Below the pieces are notes generated by a model. It made no database searches, was not told where the DNA came from, and worked only from the letters and a program-made list of their open reading frames with translations. The position numbers and the translations under genes were made by a program. From assembly GCA_964270895.1 (NCBI GenBank), contig OZ185438.1: a stretch of DNA of 64,000 bases; one strand, given 5' to 3'. The DNA is from Podarcis filfolensis (lineage: Eukaryota). This document shows, in pieces, positions 24,879 to 39,619 of this stretch; position 1 is the stretch's first letter, and every line of letters begins with the position of its first letter.

Positions 24879-25520
24879 GTATAAAGTAATTCCAGCATTA
24901 GCCTGAAGAAACCTTTTGACAAAACATGAACAAGGCTCAACTGAACATTGGAAGCCATCACACTTCTATTCCACCAAAATCACTTTAAAAACTCTTCAGT
25001 TGTTTTTTGGGGAGGTGCAGAAGTAACCACATCCACCCCTTAACTACTGTCAATTGATCCAGAAGAGCTGCTTTCACACTCTCTTTCTCCAACTCCTACC
25101 ACCACTTGCATGAATTAGCCTTGCTAGCTTTAATAGATTGTCATAACGACCTCACCAATGTTATCCCTTGTTAACACAAACTAATGTTCACTCTTCAACT
25201 TCTTTTTTTAAAACCTCCTTTGGACTTATGTGTCAGTCCCTGATTTAACCCTCCAAGTTTGCACACAAAGACTAATCATGCTTCTAGCAACAGAGAAAAG
25301 GGGGAGGACTGATGCACCGGAAGTGCTTAGATGGGACAGGGAGTATGAAATCCCACGTACTAAATTGTATTCTATAGGCAGACCTATGGGGCTGGAAGAA
25401 TTAAGAACCTCTATTTCATTTTCCCCAACCCCTTTTCCCATTCTCCAACACACTTTGCACTCCTGCTACAATATGCAATAGACTACTTTTATTTGCCATG
25501 GGCTCCAAAATAAATGCCTA

Positions 25521-25757
<237 letters not shown>

Positions 25758-28700
25758 CTAAAGGGAAAACAAGAAAATTGTACAAAACCTTCAGTAGGAA
25801 TATCAAAATATTGCTGAAATATTTCCAAGATGTTGCTGAAAAGATCATTCAGATTACAGGCAGTAGCTGTCCAGCAGAGGTCTCCTGACCTGCTCTTGCT
25901 TGCATTTCTGCTGCTTGACAGAAGGCATGGGGAGTGGCAGCAACAAGGTTGGCATGGGGCAAATACAACAGTGGAGCTAATATGGCACTACCACCAGTGC
26001 AAATATACAACATCAACATCCTTGCTGCCTCCCCCTACATCTTCTGGTAAGCAGTGGCATGGGAGGTCAGGTGAGCACCACTGCCCTACCCCGCCAACCA
26101 ACTGCTACCAATTACAGGTCTAGCCTTGAGAATTCATATAGATTTATAGCTTCTGAACAATAGCTGCAAAATACAGAATGGTGATGTCTCTGAAGCTGTA
26201 TCATCATCCCTTACTAAATTAAGTCATTTGCCTCTGCCAGGTCTTCCATATAAAGCTTTCCATAGCTACAAATCACTGCAGAACTGATGGCTACATTGCA
26301 AACTACTGTATTTGCAAATGAGTATATGCAAATTTATTTCATTCTTCTTAGGGCAAAGCTTTGTGTCGCATTCATATACAAGAAGCAAAAATCCAACTGC
26401 TTTTCCTATGAAAAGGGAGCTACAGGAGCAGAAAAATAGCAGGAGGAACAGAAAGTGCTTAATCCTTGATCTGCTCTGCCCCCTAAGCCACTTCCTGCTA
26501 CCCACTCACTGTGGCTCCTGTCACAAACATGTCTTTGAAACTCCAAAGAGGGGGAGGACCAGAAATGAGTAAGAAAGGGATGAAAAATCCTTTCTATGTC
26601 CCAACCCTCATCCACTGCAGCTCTTCCCTGTGAAAAAGCAGCAATCAAGTTTGTGATACAGATGCTTTGTCCATAATGTGGCCTTAGTTCAGTGTTTGCT
26701 GTTTTGCACATTCTATCCCATCATTTCTTACATTCACACTCACACCCACTTTATACAACACATTTTGTGCTTTAGTGAAATATCACTCATTAGCAATAAA
26801 TTTACAGCATTTGTTCTTACAGTAGAGCTCAGAATGCCTCCATTCTGATTGTATGGAGAGAAAGAAAGAGCTACATTTATTGAATCACTATTTCACCATA
26901 TATCATCATATATTGCAGTCTGGTTGCCTTTCTATGGCAGCCATGGGCTACAGTGGCTGGCAGAGCTAGAAAGTTTAGAATGATCATCCATGGAAAACAG
27001 AGCCTGGGGAAGAACTCTAAGCTTGCTTAACTTATTCTCTCTTTTGGAACCATGATCATAGCTAAATGGTTGCTTTCAAATATAATGCTGGGTAAGGAGA
27101 TTGTGATTTGTGATTGTAGCTGACAAGGGCAGAGGTTAATAGAAACAAAATGCACCTGCTTTTGTGATTTATGTCTGTGATCAGAAATGGGCAGGTGTAC
27201 ATGTCTGGGTATGTGCCTATATAAAACATCACAAATTTTCAGCTTCTTAATTAAAAATCTTTTCTAGTCCCTTGAGGCATAATATGCCTTTGAAGCTTCT
27301 GTTCTTCACCCTAGTTCACAACTTATTTTTTCAGTGAACTGTTAAATATGCAACTTTTTACTTCCAGCCTTTTAAGTTTCAAGCTTAGTTTCAAACTCAA
27401 AATCACTAATTAAACAGGGATATTAGCAGATCCTAACTACAAGTGGGGAGTGTTTATTCTCCCAGTCAGCCAACTCCTTTTACTCAATAAACATCTCACA
27501 AACATAACAACTTCATATTATAGCTCATCCTTGTCAAGCTCATCATTATTCTTGTGATAGGATTCCAGAAGGGGTGTGTTGATACTTTATTTTGTTTTTT
27601 AAAGACATATAAGTAATTTCCAAGTTACAAAATCTGAAGCCCATTTTCTACACAACAAACCTCCCTTACTGGTACACATCCAGACATCTGAATCAATAAA
27701 GAAAAAATTTAAGATTCCTCTTATCCTGTAAGTGCAAGTGTACTTAAAAATAAATCCAAACATCTGCCCTTAAATTAAAAACCTAGTGCAACTTATTTCT
27801 GTCTTATAGTTCCAAAGTCTACTACATTTCTGCTTCAGATTTTACCAGAAATATAGCATGATGTTCCTTATCATGCAGTGAACAGAAATAGGATCCACAT
27901 TTTACATAAACATTAGATATGTCCAGCAGGGTGATCTACATACGATATGTGATATCCAATTGGATGTCTGGGATTGAATCCAACCAACGTAGTTTACAAA
28001 ACCACCAATCTCAAGGAATCTTCTGCACTATCCCTGCCAATGTACAGTTATGCACCTCAGTCACTTTTTACCCAAGCTAAGACACAAGCAAAGTGCTTTT
28101 TAATTCCCTTCTACTGAAGTATGATAATCAAGACACATGTGGCAGATGCCTCTATTGCTATGCACTTCAGCTACATAATTTTCATGCAGAAGCTAAGACA
28201 CAAGAAGCAGCTAGGAATAACTCTTTTAAAAAAACCTATCTGTTATCGTTTACACTCATAAAAAGGGAGTTAAAGAACACAAGATCCCACTTAGTTTAAA
28301 TGAAACCAAGTCAATGTAGCTTGGTTGTTGCTACTAGTAGCTGTGCATTAGGCCCTGTTAAAAATGAGTTGCCATAATTTAAAAACAATTTACAGTGTAT
28401 GTCAAATAAACCTAAAACTTAATGAAGTTGTAAACATCAAGTTTGCAAATTTTGTTGGAATTTTAGTTGGTCTTATGGATCTGGTTTTATATGTAACTTT
28501 AAGAGTTTTAATATTATCATTCCCCTATTTTTATATGCATTTTTGTAGTGCTTTGTTAACCACCTTGAACTATGGGAAAAGTGGAGCACAAATGTATAAA
28601 ATAAAGCTCAGTGCCATTTCCTTAAATCCAAGGGACAGAAGCAAAAACAACAGAGACTAGGCCATTGCAAATTCATGCTGTGTTCAGCCCAATAATGTAA

Positions 28701-29195
28701 TATAGTTCAACAGAGACATGCTGAAATCATATTTAGTGCTATTTAACTACAGTACTGGTGAACAATGTTGAATATATTTAGGTTCCACGGTGGAACCTGG
28801 CATAATGCCTCAAGGTAAACAATGTTATGGGAGTGGACTTGTGCAACCAGTTTAAGAGGAATATAGAGGTGGTGAGCTTATGGCATTACAGCTTGTTTCC
28901 CATGAACAAGTACAGTGCTCACATGATAAGAAGATCATATCCATCATACCTATTTTGGGATGGTCTTTTCACATAGTACTATAGCTCTAATATAGGCCAA
29001 ACACAGTTGTTCATGTCTCAGAGATTTCTCTTAGGAAAAGATCTGTGCCCACATAATCACCGCTTTTGCTAAGAAGGATGACAATAGAGAACATATCCTA
29101 TTTGTTAGTTTGCTGTCATCAAACAAACTCATTTAATAGTGTGAATGAAATATACAGGACACAATTTTAAAAAGAGGTCTTTAGAAATGGCATAC

Positions 29196-29258
29196 CTCAC
29201 AGAAACTTTGGCAATGGTTTTTCTTCAAGTCCCAGGATTCTTTGCAGGGCTCCAGACA
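29196..29258 (-). CDS. ANOS1: Anosmin-1 exon 3 (63 nt), CLEPCKESWDLKKNHCQSFCE
   Basis: Acceptor ttccttctttttag, donor GAG|gtatgc; Cys spacing matches the anosmin Cys-rich box. Not in the ORF track. Confidence 0.96.
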
Positions 29259-31064
29259 CTAAAAAGAAGGAAAAATTAATAAATAAACTGTCAGGAATAT
29301 ATATATGTCTCAACTTGTTCAGCCTACAGGACAAGCCTGTTTATTGGAAGCATTAATAAAAGAAATTTTGAACAGAGTTTATCAGGAAGACAAGGCATGT
29401 TCCATAGCTACCGAGCAAAGACTAAAGATAGATGTCATCTAAAAGGAGCTCAGCACTGTGAATGTGCTGTCAACATTCTTTTCATATTAAAGGGAACTAG
29501 CAGCACATTCAGAATACTTTACGTTACATCTGTCACATAACCGAAGTTATTCTGAACCATTATTAGATTAACATTTCCAATACTCTTCTTCTATAGTAGC
29601 ATCTGTTTCTTATGCCCACGTTCCATTAACATGCTTGCTTAACAAGGGTTCCAATTATAGCTCCATTGCACTTGATTATTCTATAGAGCTTAGAGACATC
29701 AGAGGAAGATAGAGAAAATCATTTCTACAGAGTATTAACAGATGAAATAGTATGATAGTACTTTGCCTACCCATGATATCAAATTGTACATTCTTCTATA
29801 AAAGTTCCACCTTAGTCACATATTCCATTTATATAGGAGGCAGGTGTTCCATGTGTAAAAACCCATTTATTTCACCCAAGGCTATCAGTTTGCAATAGAG
29901 CCCATTTGTCCTGAACAGAAATGGGAGAGGAGATGGAAGCAATTTTTCCAGTCACACAATTCTAGAAGGCATGACATAGGCATTGGGTTGGTTGCTGCAA
30001 GAAAAGGATACAGAACTAGATAGGAATTTGGTCTGAACCAGCACGGCTTTTCTGATATTCCTACTCTGAACTGTCCCTGCTCACCTTTCTGATCTGTCAA
30101 AGGTTCCTTCTCTAATTTTTCAGGCTACCTAGCAGCTGAGGATGAAAAAGGAAGTGCAAGCTCCCAGCAGCTTTTGACCCTTAGGTCAGAGACAGCTTTT
30201 TCTTTCACCTACTCTTGCAGCAAAAGCCCAAGTTACCTGTGGTTCAACTTAAATTTATCATTGTTTCCAGGATCAGAACAGAGTTTTCTTGATCAGTAGT
30301 GAAGAAACTGTGGCCCTCCAGATCTTGTTGGACTCCAACTCCATTAACACTGGCCAGCATTGCCAATGGTTGTAGATTTGTAGTCCAAAAACATATAGAG
30401 AGCCATAAGTTTTCCCATCTAGATATTTTGCACCTTCTAATACAAAACACTTGTAGTAGTCGCAAGTACATGATACAAACTTTTGGAGATACTTTCCCAT
30501 TACCAGTTCCTCTGGAACTCCAATTGTTCCTTAATAACATTAACAAATGATTGTGATTCCTTCCTGGAGGGAAAAGAAAATCCTTCCTGATTATAACCAC
30601 ATCACCTTAACATTTTTCTCTGTAAAAACCGTGTGGTGATTATGAAGCCTCTGATAAAGCTCAAAGTCGGAGATCTGTGAGACTGTTTTCCAGATTTTTC
30701 AAGCATCCATTTTGAATATGTTTTTAAGGAAATAGCAAACTCTAACAGCTGTAATTGGGGAACGGGGAGGAGGAGTCAATTAAGTGAAATAACAGTTAGT
30801 GGGTGCAAATCTAATCTGGCTACATTTAAGCAACTTTTGGTTAGTGAGCACCACCCTTTGGTGGGAAGGGGAAATTTTATAATCAAAGCCTAGAGTCTTA
30901 AGTCAATTAGTTCCAGCTAAGGTTTACTTGGCAACACTGTCTTATATACTGGGAAAACAGGCAATGCTGCTTGAAACCATTTGATGACTGAAATGCCACT
31001 TTTGAAAGAAAGCCAGGCCTTGGATTTACAATGGTCATTAAATTTGAAGGGTGAGGCATATGAT

Positions 31065-31119
31065 TAGATTTACATTAGATTAGATTAGATTTACATTAGA
31101 TTAGTACTTGCATCATATA

Positions 31120-31184
<65 letters not shown>
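31065..31184. repeat. TTAGA/TTTACA repeat followed by an (AT)n microsatellite
   Basis: attagatttacattagattagattagatttacattagattag, then a long AT run with one AC interruption. Confidence 0.9.
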
Positions 31185-31191
<7 letters not shown>

Positions 31192-31513
31192 GCAAGTATT
31201 AACATAAACACAAAAAGAATGCAGAGTGAGAGTCTTGATGGTAAGCTAGTTGGAAAGAAATCCTTTTATTGCATTTGCTATAATCCACTATCTACTGTTT
31301 TTATTGCCTGTCAAGTTGTTGATATCCATAGAAGGCATGCCCCGGTGCATATCAAAGCAAAAGGCAAGCATTGATTAAGGAACAATAATTTAAAATGCCA
31401 TTTTTCACAATCGGAAGGGCTACAACTTCCTATAAATAATACACTTTATACAAATTCCATGGCTCTTCTTGCTTGCACATAATTTATTTGCATGTCATAT
31501 TTCCTCAAAGTAA

Positions 31514-31707
31514 GGCCGGCTGAAGATATGTTGGCACCTCAGGTGAATCGCAAAACGGAGCCTGCTCCCAACCAGGGAAGAAGTTGAGAGTAAAGTTCTA
31601 CATCAGGGAGAGGAGGAAATAAGTATCTACATCAGGGTCCCCTGCCCCTGTGGAACCTGCTGCCTGAAACAATCACCTCACCTTGCCTCATGGGCGGGCT
31701 GGCCCTG
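31514..31707. mobile_element. Probable MITE remnant
   Basis: Imperfect termini aggccggc ... gctggccct; no TSD verified. Confidence 0.35.
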
Positions 31708-31749
31708 TCTCTAAGGTCTTCAAAGAAGAATTCACAGTGCTCATCTCCC

Positions 31750-31975
31750 AGTTTATTCTCACAGCAATCTTGTGAGGCAGCTTAGGAGGAGATAGTGTGA
31801 CTGCACCAAGATCATCCAGGGAGATTGTTTCTTGGGCCAATCATATAATGTCTTAGGGGGGCAGCTATATACATTTAGTTAGAAATAAATAAATAAATAA
31901 TGATAATAATAATTAATGGCTGAGTGGGAATTTGAACCCAAGTCTCTTCACACTTAATCCAATCACCACACAGGT
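31750..31975 (-). mobile_element. MIR/CORE-like SINE remnant interrupted by an AT-rich (TAAA/TAA) insert
   Basis: ctcacagcaatcttgtgagg, ctgcaccaagatcatccag and ggctgagtgggaatttgaacccaagtctc are reverse CORE/B-box-like segments. Confidence 0.45.
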
Positions 31976-33994
31976 TAGCTAAGCTATACCAGGTTCTTGT
32001 TCAGTTATCTCAGTTTCATTCCTCTCTGAAATCTATTTTCTTTATTCAGATTTCTCTGAAATCTATTTCTTTACTCTGCTAACAGGCAAAACCAAAAGAC
32101 ATAGCCAGCAGTGTGATGCCACAAACCTTAGAATGCCTTTCCACATGATCCGTGCAAGAGAGAGCTTATGTCCTAGATCTGTTTTAGTCAGTATTTTTAT
32201 TAAGTATATATTTAAAACATTTGAGGTTATTTTTCGTGATCTGCAAAACAAACATAAGAAGATACCACAATAATCTCTCCCCCCCCCAACTTCCAAAAGG
32301 CTTCAGTTACCACATAATTCAGCTATTTAAAGTTACAATTACTTTAATACATTTAATTAAGTCCTCAGGGAACATTATTGGCATTGTACAAAAAACGCAC
32401 AGAAAACAAATTTATTTAGCTTTTTTTTTTTTGGAAATGAAAATGGTACTTTAAAACTATGGAAGGATAGTGATTTGGCAAGTTTTCCATTTCTAGCTGT
32501 TACAAGGTGGCTTCAGATAACTTCATTCTGCTTTCTTGAAAACCCCATCTAGTTATAGCATTAGATGGTCAGAACATCAGATCTCTGTTTTTTGTAAAAG
32601 TGGTTGCTTAACTTGTAAAACTGAAACCAACTTATATTTTAGTTATTAGAATTGAACTGCCATCAGATTATTCCTCTTCTTACACTCTATTGCAAACTCA
32701 CATTTGTGCGCCTTATTGAAGGAGATGCAACAAAATATTTTTGCTCAGTTTCCACTCCAGAACTTGAGTTTTACAGACCATGGAGCAGTCAGAAACAGGG
32801 AGAGAAGGGACCGTCTTTGTCTGAACTGCTACTAGGTTTCTCTTTTTGGCTTCTGGCTTCTCTTTCTAGCACTCCCATTGCCATCCAGGGCGACATATTC
32901 CGCATTACTAAATAGCAAAAAAACTGTAGGGCTTTTCACTTCTAATTTCACGCTATAATAAGATGCAGTAGTTGTTTCACTGAAAGACCTGAAAGGGCTT
33001 TCTTTGTGAGGCCCATTTGATGGCCAGGTTACCACATTCCGGCATCAGGCATCTTTACTTCCCCAAGCTGGGATGGCGGTGGGAAAGAGAAAGCGTAAAC
33101 AAGGAAAGCGATGCAAGGTTCTTAATAATGATCTTCCTCACTAAAGAAATTAGGCCTATTCTGTTCCCATTATACCAATATAAGTGAAGTACAGATCAAT
33201 TTAGGTTCTCCCTTGGGGTGCACAAATCAATTAGGCCCTAATTATTAGAGTCTACTGTGAAACTATTTCAGCTAGTTGCATTTTAAACACACTTAGCACT
33301 ACAAACGTTGCTACATTTCTGTTCCTTACTTTAAGGGTTGATATGGTTCTTGCTTAGAAGGATCACGGTTAAAATCACACAGCCCTTTACTAAGGTCCCT
33401 GACTCATGTTACTTCCATGGTTTGGCAGGCACTGCATAGCAGGTTTTTCCACTGCTATGAAGGCAAGATCAAAAGCCATAGATCATGTGGGAGGAGGCCA
33501 TAATGTAGCTTCTTGTCACATCAACACTGGCCCTCCCAAAAACTGGAGCAATGCTGGTATGGACAAGAACCATGCTGTGAACTCTTTGGGTTTTCAAAAC
33601 GACATTTTCTGACATTTGCAGTGTGGGAAAGCAGAGTACTGCATTGTGGCTACTACATTATAGAGGAAATGGCAGAAAGGGCTGTAGGTGAAGACGATTA
33701 CAGTTCATATTAATCTGTCTTCTGTCTTCCCACAGCAACAACCCCTGAGATTCCTCAGAATATTATCAGGAGTTCATTTACTGGGAAAACGTTTAAGCTG
33801 CCTTTTAAGGAAAGCGCTCACAAGGTGGTTCTCAATGCTTCTTTTTTTTTATTCCCAACTTTAATAAACAATAAAATAAGAATATTATTTTAAAAATAAT
33901 AATAACAACAATAAACCATCACCTCACATTACAGATTCAATAATAAGCAGTATTTCTTAAGTTAAACATATAAATTAATATAAGCCATCTGTCA

Positions 33995-34078
33995 TGGATG
34001 ATTTAGTTGAGATTCGTGGCAGAGCTGGACTAGATGACCCTCAGGATCCCTTCAAACTCTGCAGTTCTATGATTCTAT
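33995..34078 (+). mobile_element. CR1 LINE 3' end
   Basis: ctggactagatgaccctcaggatcccttcaaactctgcagttctatgattcta matches the CR1 terminal hairpin and ATTCTRTG tail. Confidence 0.75.
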
Positions 34079-34137
34079 TGCCAAATAGGTATTCGCCACT
34101 AATCACTTCCTCTGGTGTTTGCTTTAAGACTACTGCT

Positions 34138-34362
34138 CAGGGGAGCCAACTTGAGCCCCTATTATGGGTGCCCAGTGCATGTGACGTCATGACGTCATGC
34201 ACCACCACCACCCCACCTCAGAAACTGACTTCCGGTGCCTGGAAATCAGGTTCTGAAGCCTTGTGAGACCTTGGGGGCCCTGAAGTGTGGGTGCTGAGCA
34301 CCCGCAATAAAAAAATTTGTGGGTGTTCAGGCACCCAGAGCCCCCTATAGTTGGTGCCCCTG
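34138..34362. mobile_element. hAT MITE (225 bp) with perfect 8-bp TSD
   Basis: TIRs caggggagccaact / agttggtgcccctg; ctactgct at 34130-34137 and 34363-34370. Confidence 0.85.
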
Positions 34363-36070
34363 CTACTGCTACTCTGCCCCACCATTTGACTGGTCTTCCT
34401 TCCCTTCCCTTCCTTTCCCTTCTCTGCCTTCTGGAACCTCTTCTAGTTTTCAGCCTGCCTCACCAAATTATACCAGTTCTTAAGGATGCGGGGCAAAATC
34501 TTAATTCCAGCCAAGCTGACAAACTTCTATCATTCCTTAAGCTTAGCATTATGTGCAAACCTGCCCACTGTCAGATGTATCAAATATTGTAAAAAAGCAA
34601 GGTGAAAAAAATCCAGAACTTCTTGGTTTCCCCTAAATTTACTCCCAAAACAAATGGCTATGGACAAATTCTGTATTCAGCAACAGTCAATGAATATGTC
34701 AAAGGCATCTGTAGGCATTGACTAGCCTGCCCATCTGGTCCAGAGCTGTGAGAAAAGCCATGTATTTGACTTTGGGCTTAGCATTGGGAATAAGTCCTAC
34801 AATTAACCACACACACAAAAATCACAGAATCTTAACTCTAGTGGCCAATTAAGATTCACTAACCAAAAGCTTTTTGTAGACCATGAAAGATTAAAGGGAG
34901 AGAGGAACAGAGCACCGATGCTTGCTGCAGTAAGACCAAGCTTGGAAAGTTACAGTAACAATGGCAACAGCAGCAATAGCCAACTTTGAATCTGCTCTAT
35001 AAACAGCCAAGTTTAACTTGGGCACCAAGTTTAACTTGGGCACCAAGTCTCGTTAACAAATATTCAGGGAGAAGAAACTGAATACACTAATAATTATTCA
35101 ACAGTTAATGCGTATTCTCTCTAGGCTCTTTTAAAAACCTCTGCATCTCCTTAAATATACTACAACCCAGTGTATTATTTTTATTTAAAAAAATTAACAA
35201 CAGCTCTTTCCCATTATGGTTGGAAATAAGATTTGTCATAAAAAATACTCACATTAGAAAGCTAGAATTATCTAAATAGGAGTTACAATCCATAAGAATA
35301 ATTGCTAAAAACATTTCAAAAGCCACTCAAAAGGATACCATGGAAGAGTCATGAGATATAATATCCATAACTAATTCTGTTACTGCTAACCCAAAAGAAT
35401 GATGCTCAACTTTACAGGCTACAATGTTTGTACTTACTTATACAAACTGCCAAGTTTCAAAGACATTAGGACAAATTTATCACAGAGAAAAATCTAAGAG
35501 GCCAATATTTTTCCACGCAGGAATACAAACAAAACCCTTAACTGTGTTATATGCTTCCACGATTACTTTGCTGGCCAAGGCACGGATGAAAATATGCTAA
35601 GTATTAAAAGGGAGGGTAAATCTTATTTTCATAAATATTAAGTTTATATTTATAGAAATAAGACTGTCCTCCCTTCTTTCAGCTTATAAACCTATCTTTT
35701 ATAAAAGTAACAAGCAATCTCTCCTTAAAATGTCATATATCTATCAGATTATGGAACGCTTCCATTGCTCATATTTTTTGCCTTGTAATTTAATAAATCC
35801 CTTTGCAGAATTAAGCTAATTTTCCAAACTATCCATGCCATGTTGGCTATAAATGTCATTTCACATGAAAACAAACATATTGTTATTTTCAGCATAGTGA
35901 ATAGAATTTAAGGTGGGATTCCATGTAGTGTGTGTATGGGGGGGTCCAATGTAATATTTCAGAAGCTCTGTCGTCTCTAATGTTCCATTCAAAAGCACAA
36001 CCTTTCCTAAATATTGCTAGAAATACTCTGCAGAGTAACTTTCAAGCTTTTTTATTTTAATGATTTCGAC

Positions 36071-36335
36071 CAGTGGTCCCCAAACCTTTTCACCCCATGC
36101 ACCACTTTAAAAATTCTAAGTGTCTTGGCTGACCATGGCCTAGCATAGCAATTGTAGTGGGCATTCTATGATTTTTTTATTGTAATTTTATTGCTTCTTT
36201 TATTTCTTTTTTTATTGGGGGGATTCAATATATTTAATGTGATTGGTGTGCCATCTCCCATTTTCAATAACAAATCTATAGGTATGCCACAGACCATATG
36301 AACGAAGCTTTCGGCCATAGTTTGAGAACCCCCTG
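36071..36335. mobile_element. Older hAT-like MITE
   Basis: Imperfect TIRs cagtggtccccaaac / gtttgagaaccccctg; flanks atttcgac / gtttaaac match 5/8. Confidence 0.5.
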
Positions 36336-38582
36336 GTTTAAACATTCCTGCCCAGCTGTTTAAAACAGTTCTCCAACTGACATAATAACAAGAGGTGTTT
36401 CCACTTACTGTAAGCATTGGCTGCCCACAAGTGGTAAATAAAACGTTACTTGCAAAGCCATGCTTTTAACCAGGCCAGATTAAAACCCTATATTTAATAC
36501 ATTTTTCCAATAATGTGCAAAAAGCCTAAAACTGTAAACAGATGGTGCACATCATGCATACGGAGCCAAAACAAACCACATCCTCAATGACCATGTGACT
36601 TATTCATTTATGTTGACAACCGTCACTATATCATGAGCTTGGGATCAGTTGCAGCAATGTCATTAAAATAGAAACATGGGCAGACTTTACACGTACTACT
36701 AAGTGAAAAACCAAGGCTCTTGGTTCACAGCTCAAGCTTTGTCTGGAGTGGTACAAACCATGAGGCCAGGTCTGGATGACATGCTAAGCTAAACTATAAT
36801 TTAGCTCACAGCACACAGAAGGACAGGAGGAAAACAGCTGCAATATCTTCTCCAGGAGCACATGGGATCATGGGATCACATAGTTTGGTGTAGCATTACA
36901 TGCTAACAGTTTCAGTGAATTAGAAGTCACAAAGAACTGGAGAGGAGAAGGGCTTGAATCCAAAGACCCTTCTGCATGAACATTTCACTGAACACTAATT
37001 AACCAGCTTCTCTCCAACTGTCTTCTCCTCAGAAGCCACTCTGTTAGGACTCCAAATCACTGGACCAGATTTTGGAAACCATGTGGATCCATATGGTTCT
37101 ACCACAGCTTCCATGCAAATGGAATATAATTTTCACTTGGATCTACACAACCTGAATCTATCAACACTCTGGAGCAGGGCGGGGGGAGAGAATCCAAAAT
37201 TTTCCACCCCATTTCTCTCTTGCTGTTCCTCTTTCAAAATGTTCTGACATGGTTCTAATCATCTAGATTTAGATAATCTAAATCTAAATCCCACCCCATA
37301 TTATTTATTTAACTTATTAGCATGATAATGCTGGAATATGATAGACCATGTATAAGCATGAATGTGCAGGAAAAGCAAACCAGATTTTGAACCACCAGGT
37401 AAGGGTAATGACTACAGCAGAAGCAAACATTTTGTAACAGAACATCTAAAGATGCCTTTTTCCCTAGACACAAGATTCTACAGAGGGACAAAATTCACAA
37501 GTGACATGCAAGCTCATAGAAACAAGATGGGGTGCCACCTCTAACTGGAAGAGCATGGTGCATGCTCTGAAGAGACAATAGCAACTGTACAGCAACAAAG
37601 TTGTTACTTGCCTGGCTGAACTGTGCCTGTTGCAGATACTGTTGTTGACAGCTACTGTAATAGATTTATCAGTCTCCTCAAAGTAGTTACAGGATGGCCT
37701 GTGTAACAGCAGCCCACTTATTTGCATAAGAATAAAGAAAGTAAGCTCCTTTACTTCTCTTTGCACAAGGAAATTATTTCTAGGCACATTTGCATACAAG
37801 CCAGTTGATTAGCTAAGCACTGTTTGAGCTACAGTGAAAACAGAATCTAATTTCTGCTTTAGTTCTTTAACAAGATATAAAGCTGTCTCAATCTACAGCG
37901 CATACTTTTCATGTGCATATATACATTTTATAACAAACTGGTGAAGTAAAAACAGGCTACACAATCTGCAGTAGTGAGCTGCTTACACAGATTCAAATTA
38001 GCATTCCCTGCCTGTGTTTCACAAACAACAGCCTTTCAAGCTGCAAATAATTTGTAATTCAAAAAAGGTCTATGGTCAATAGACTGAGCATGTGAAACAT
38101 GTTTTGCACTTAAGAAATCCAAGACCTGTTGAACACACACAAAGTATTAGTTTTCATGTTCTATCAGCTACTGAAAACCTATTAAAATAGTTGTACAATC
38201 AGCAAGAAGTTAGGGATTAATCTCAAGCAGTAAATTCATGTGTGTCAATTAGATGGTATCACTTTTGCTTAAGCTATCTCCAAATATCTACTCAATATCT
38301 TGTGTGTTCTTGACATTAAAAAAATATACACTGGCAGGGATGTTATATGTACATCAAACCATAAAGTGGTTGTTTTAAACAATCACAATTTAAGATATAA
38401 CTAAATGTAATTAGCTGGAATCCAACACAATACAGACCGCAGGGTTAGTTTCACTAGGTATAATACATATTAACACTTCTGTCTGGACTTTCACACTGCA
38501 GCGCCTTGTTGTATTATGGAACTGTGGCTTTTTGATCAATATACTGACATGATGCACTAAATTTTACATGGCAGGATTCAAA

Positions 38583-38722
38583 GCGGCTTAGTCATGCTGG
38601 CCACATGACCCGGAAAAACTGCGGACAAACATCGGCTCCCTCAGCCAGTAAAGTGAGATGAGCGCTGCCACCCCAGAGTCATTTGCGACTGGACTTAACT
38701 GTCAGGGGTCCTTTACCTTTTT
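38583..38722 (+). mobile_element. Sauria SINE, 5'-truncated
   Basis: gcttagtcatgctggccacatgacccgg...gagatgagcgctgccaccccagagtc...gactggacttaactgtcaggggtcctttaccttt matches the Sauria SINE 3' region and tail. Confidence 0.85.
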
Positions 38723-39429
38723 ATGCATGTTTACATGGAACTCGTTAGATTAAGTTGACCTAATTACATGTAAGTTTGCATGATTGTAGGACATACAAAA
38801 GTTTGCTCAGAAGTAAGCTTACTTCAATGAGGCTTACAATGCAACTGGACTTAGCTGAAACTGAAAGGAGTCAGAAATTTCCTGTGTCTGCTCTGTTCTT
38901 ATTTCAGAGAGACAATTAAACTCCTCTTTAGCATATTGACTGATGTGCTCTCTAATCCTTCCATGACATATTTGTCCAGGTAGGTGTGCTTACAACCTTA
39001 AATCAAACAACAGGTATTGGATTCTGAATTTCACAGCCTTTTGTTAACAAATGCAATAGAATCAATATTAGTGGAACGAAATTCTACTCTGCAGAAATGT
39101 TAGAATAAATTCAATTTAAAACCATAAATTATTATGCATGCAGAATTTAAATGGCACTTGGCCTATGCACTCCACTGTGGGATTGTAAATTTAACCTCCG
39201 GCATTTGTTAACAAGTGGATCTTTCATAGAGCATAACTGTGGCTCCCAAAAGAATGTACTAAAACTACTACTGACTGCTCTAGAATTAAAAATGGTCACA
39301 GTACATAAAACAGAGATTTATCAAAAAGTTGTCATGCTTTGAGCTATATGCTTCGTTCCTGCTTAAGAAATCTTCCACCATTAATGCTTTCCCCCCACTT
39401 TCACAGGTGTACAGGTCTTCAGTGGACGA

Positions 39430-39470
39430 TGGAATCATAGAACTGTAGAGTTGAAAGGGACCCCAAGGGT
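39430..39470 (-). mobile_element. Short CR1 3' terminus
   Basis: gaatcatagaactgtagagttgaaagggacccc is the reverse of the CR1 end seen at 34.0 kb. Confidence 0.65.
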
Positions 39471-39619
39471 GGGTCAACCCACCTGTCAATCACATGAAGT
39501 CATTATTACTCGACTTGACTGTCAAGTGCTTGGGAAGTGAAGCACACAGGATGTTGCCAACCGTATGCTCAGCTCTTTGGAAAGTGCTCTTTTGCGTATG
39601 AAGATTAAATCCAATTAAA

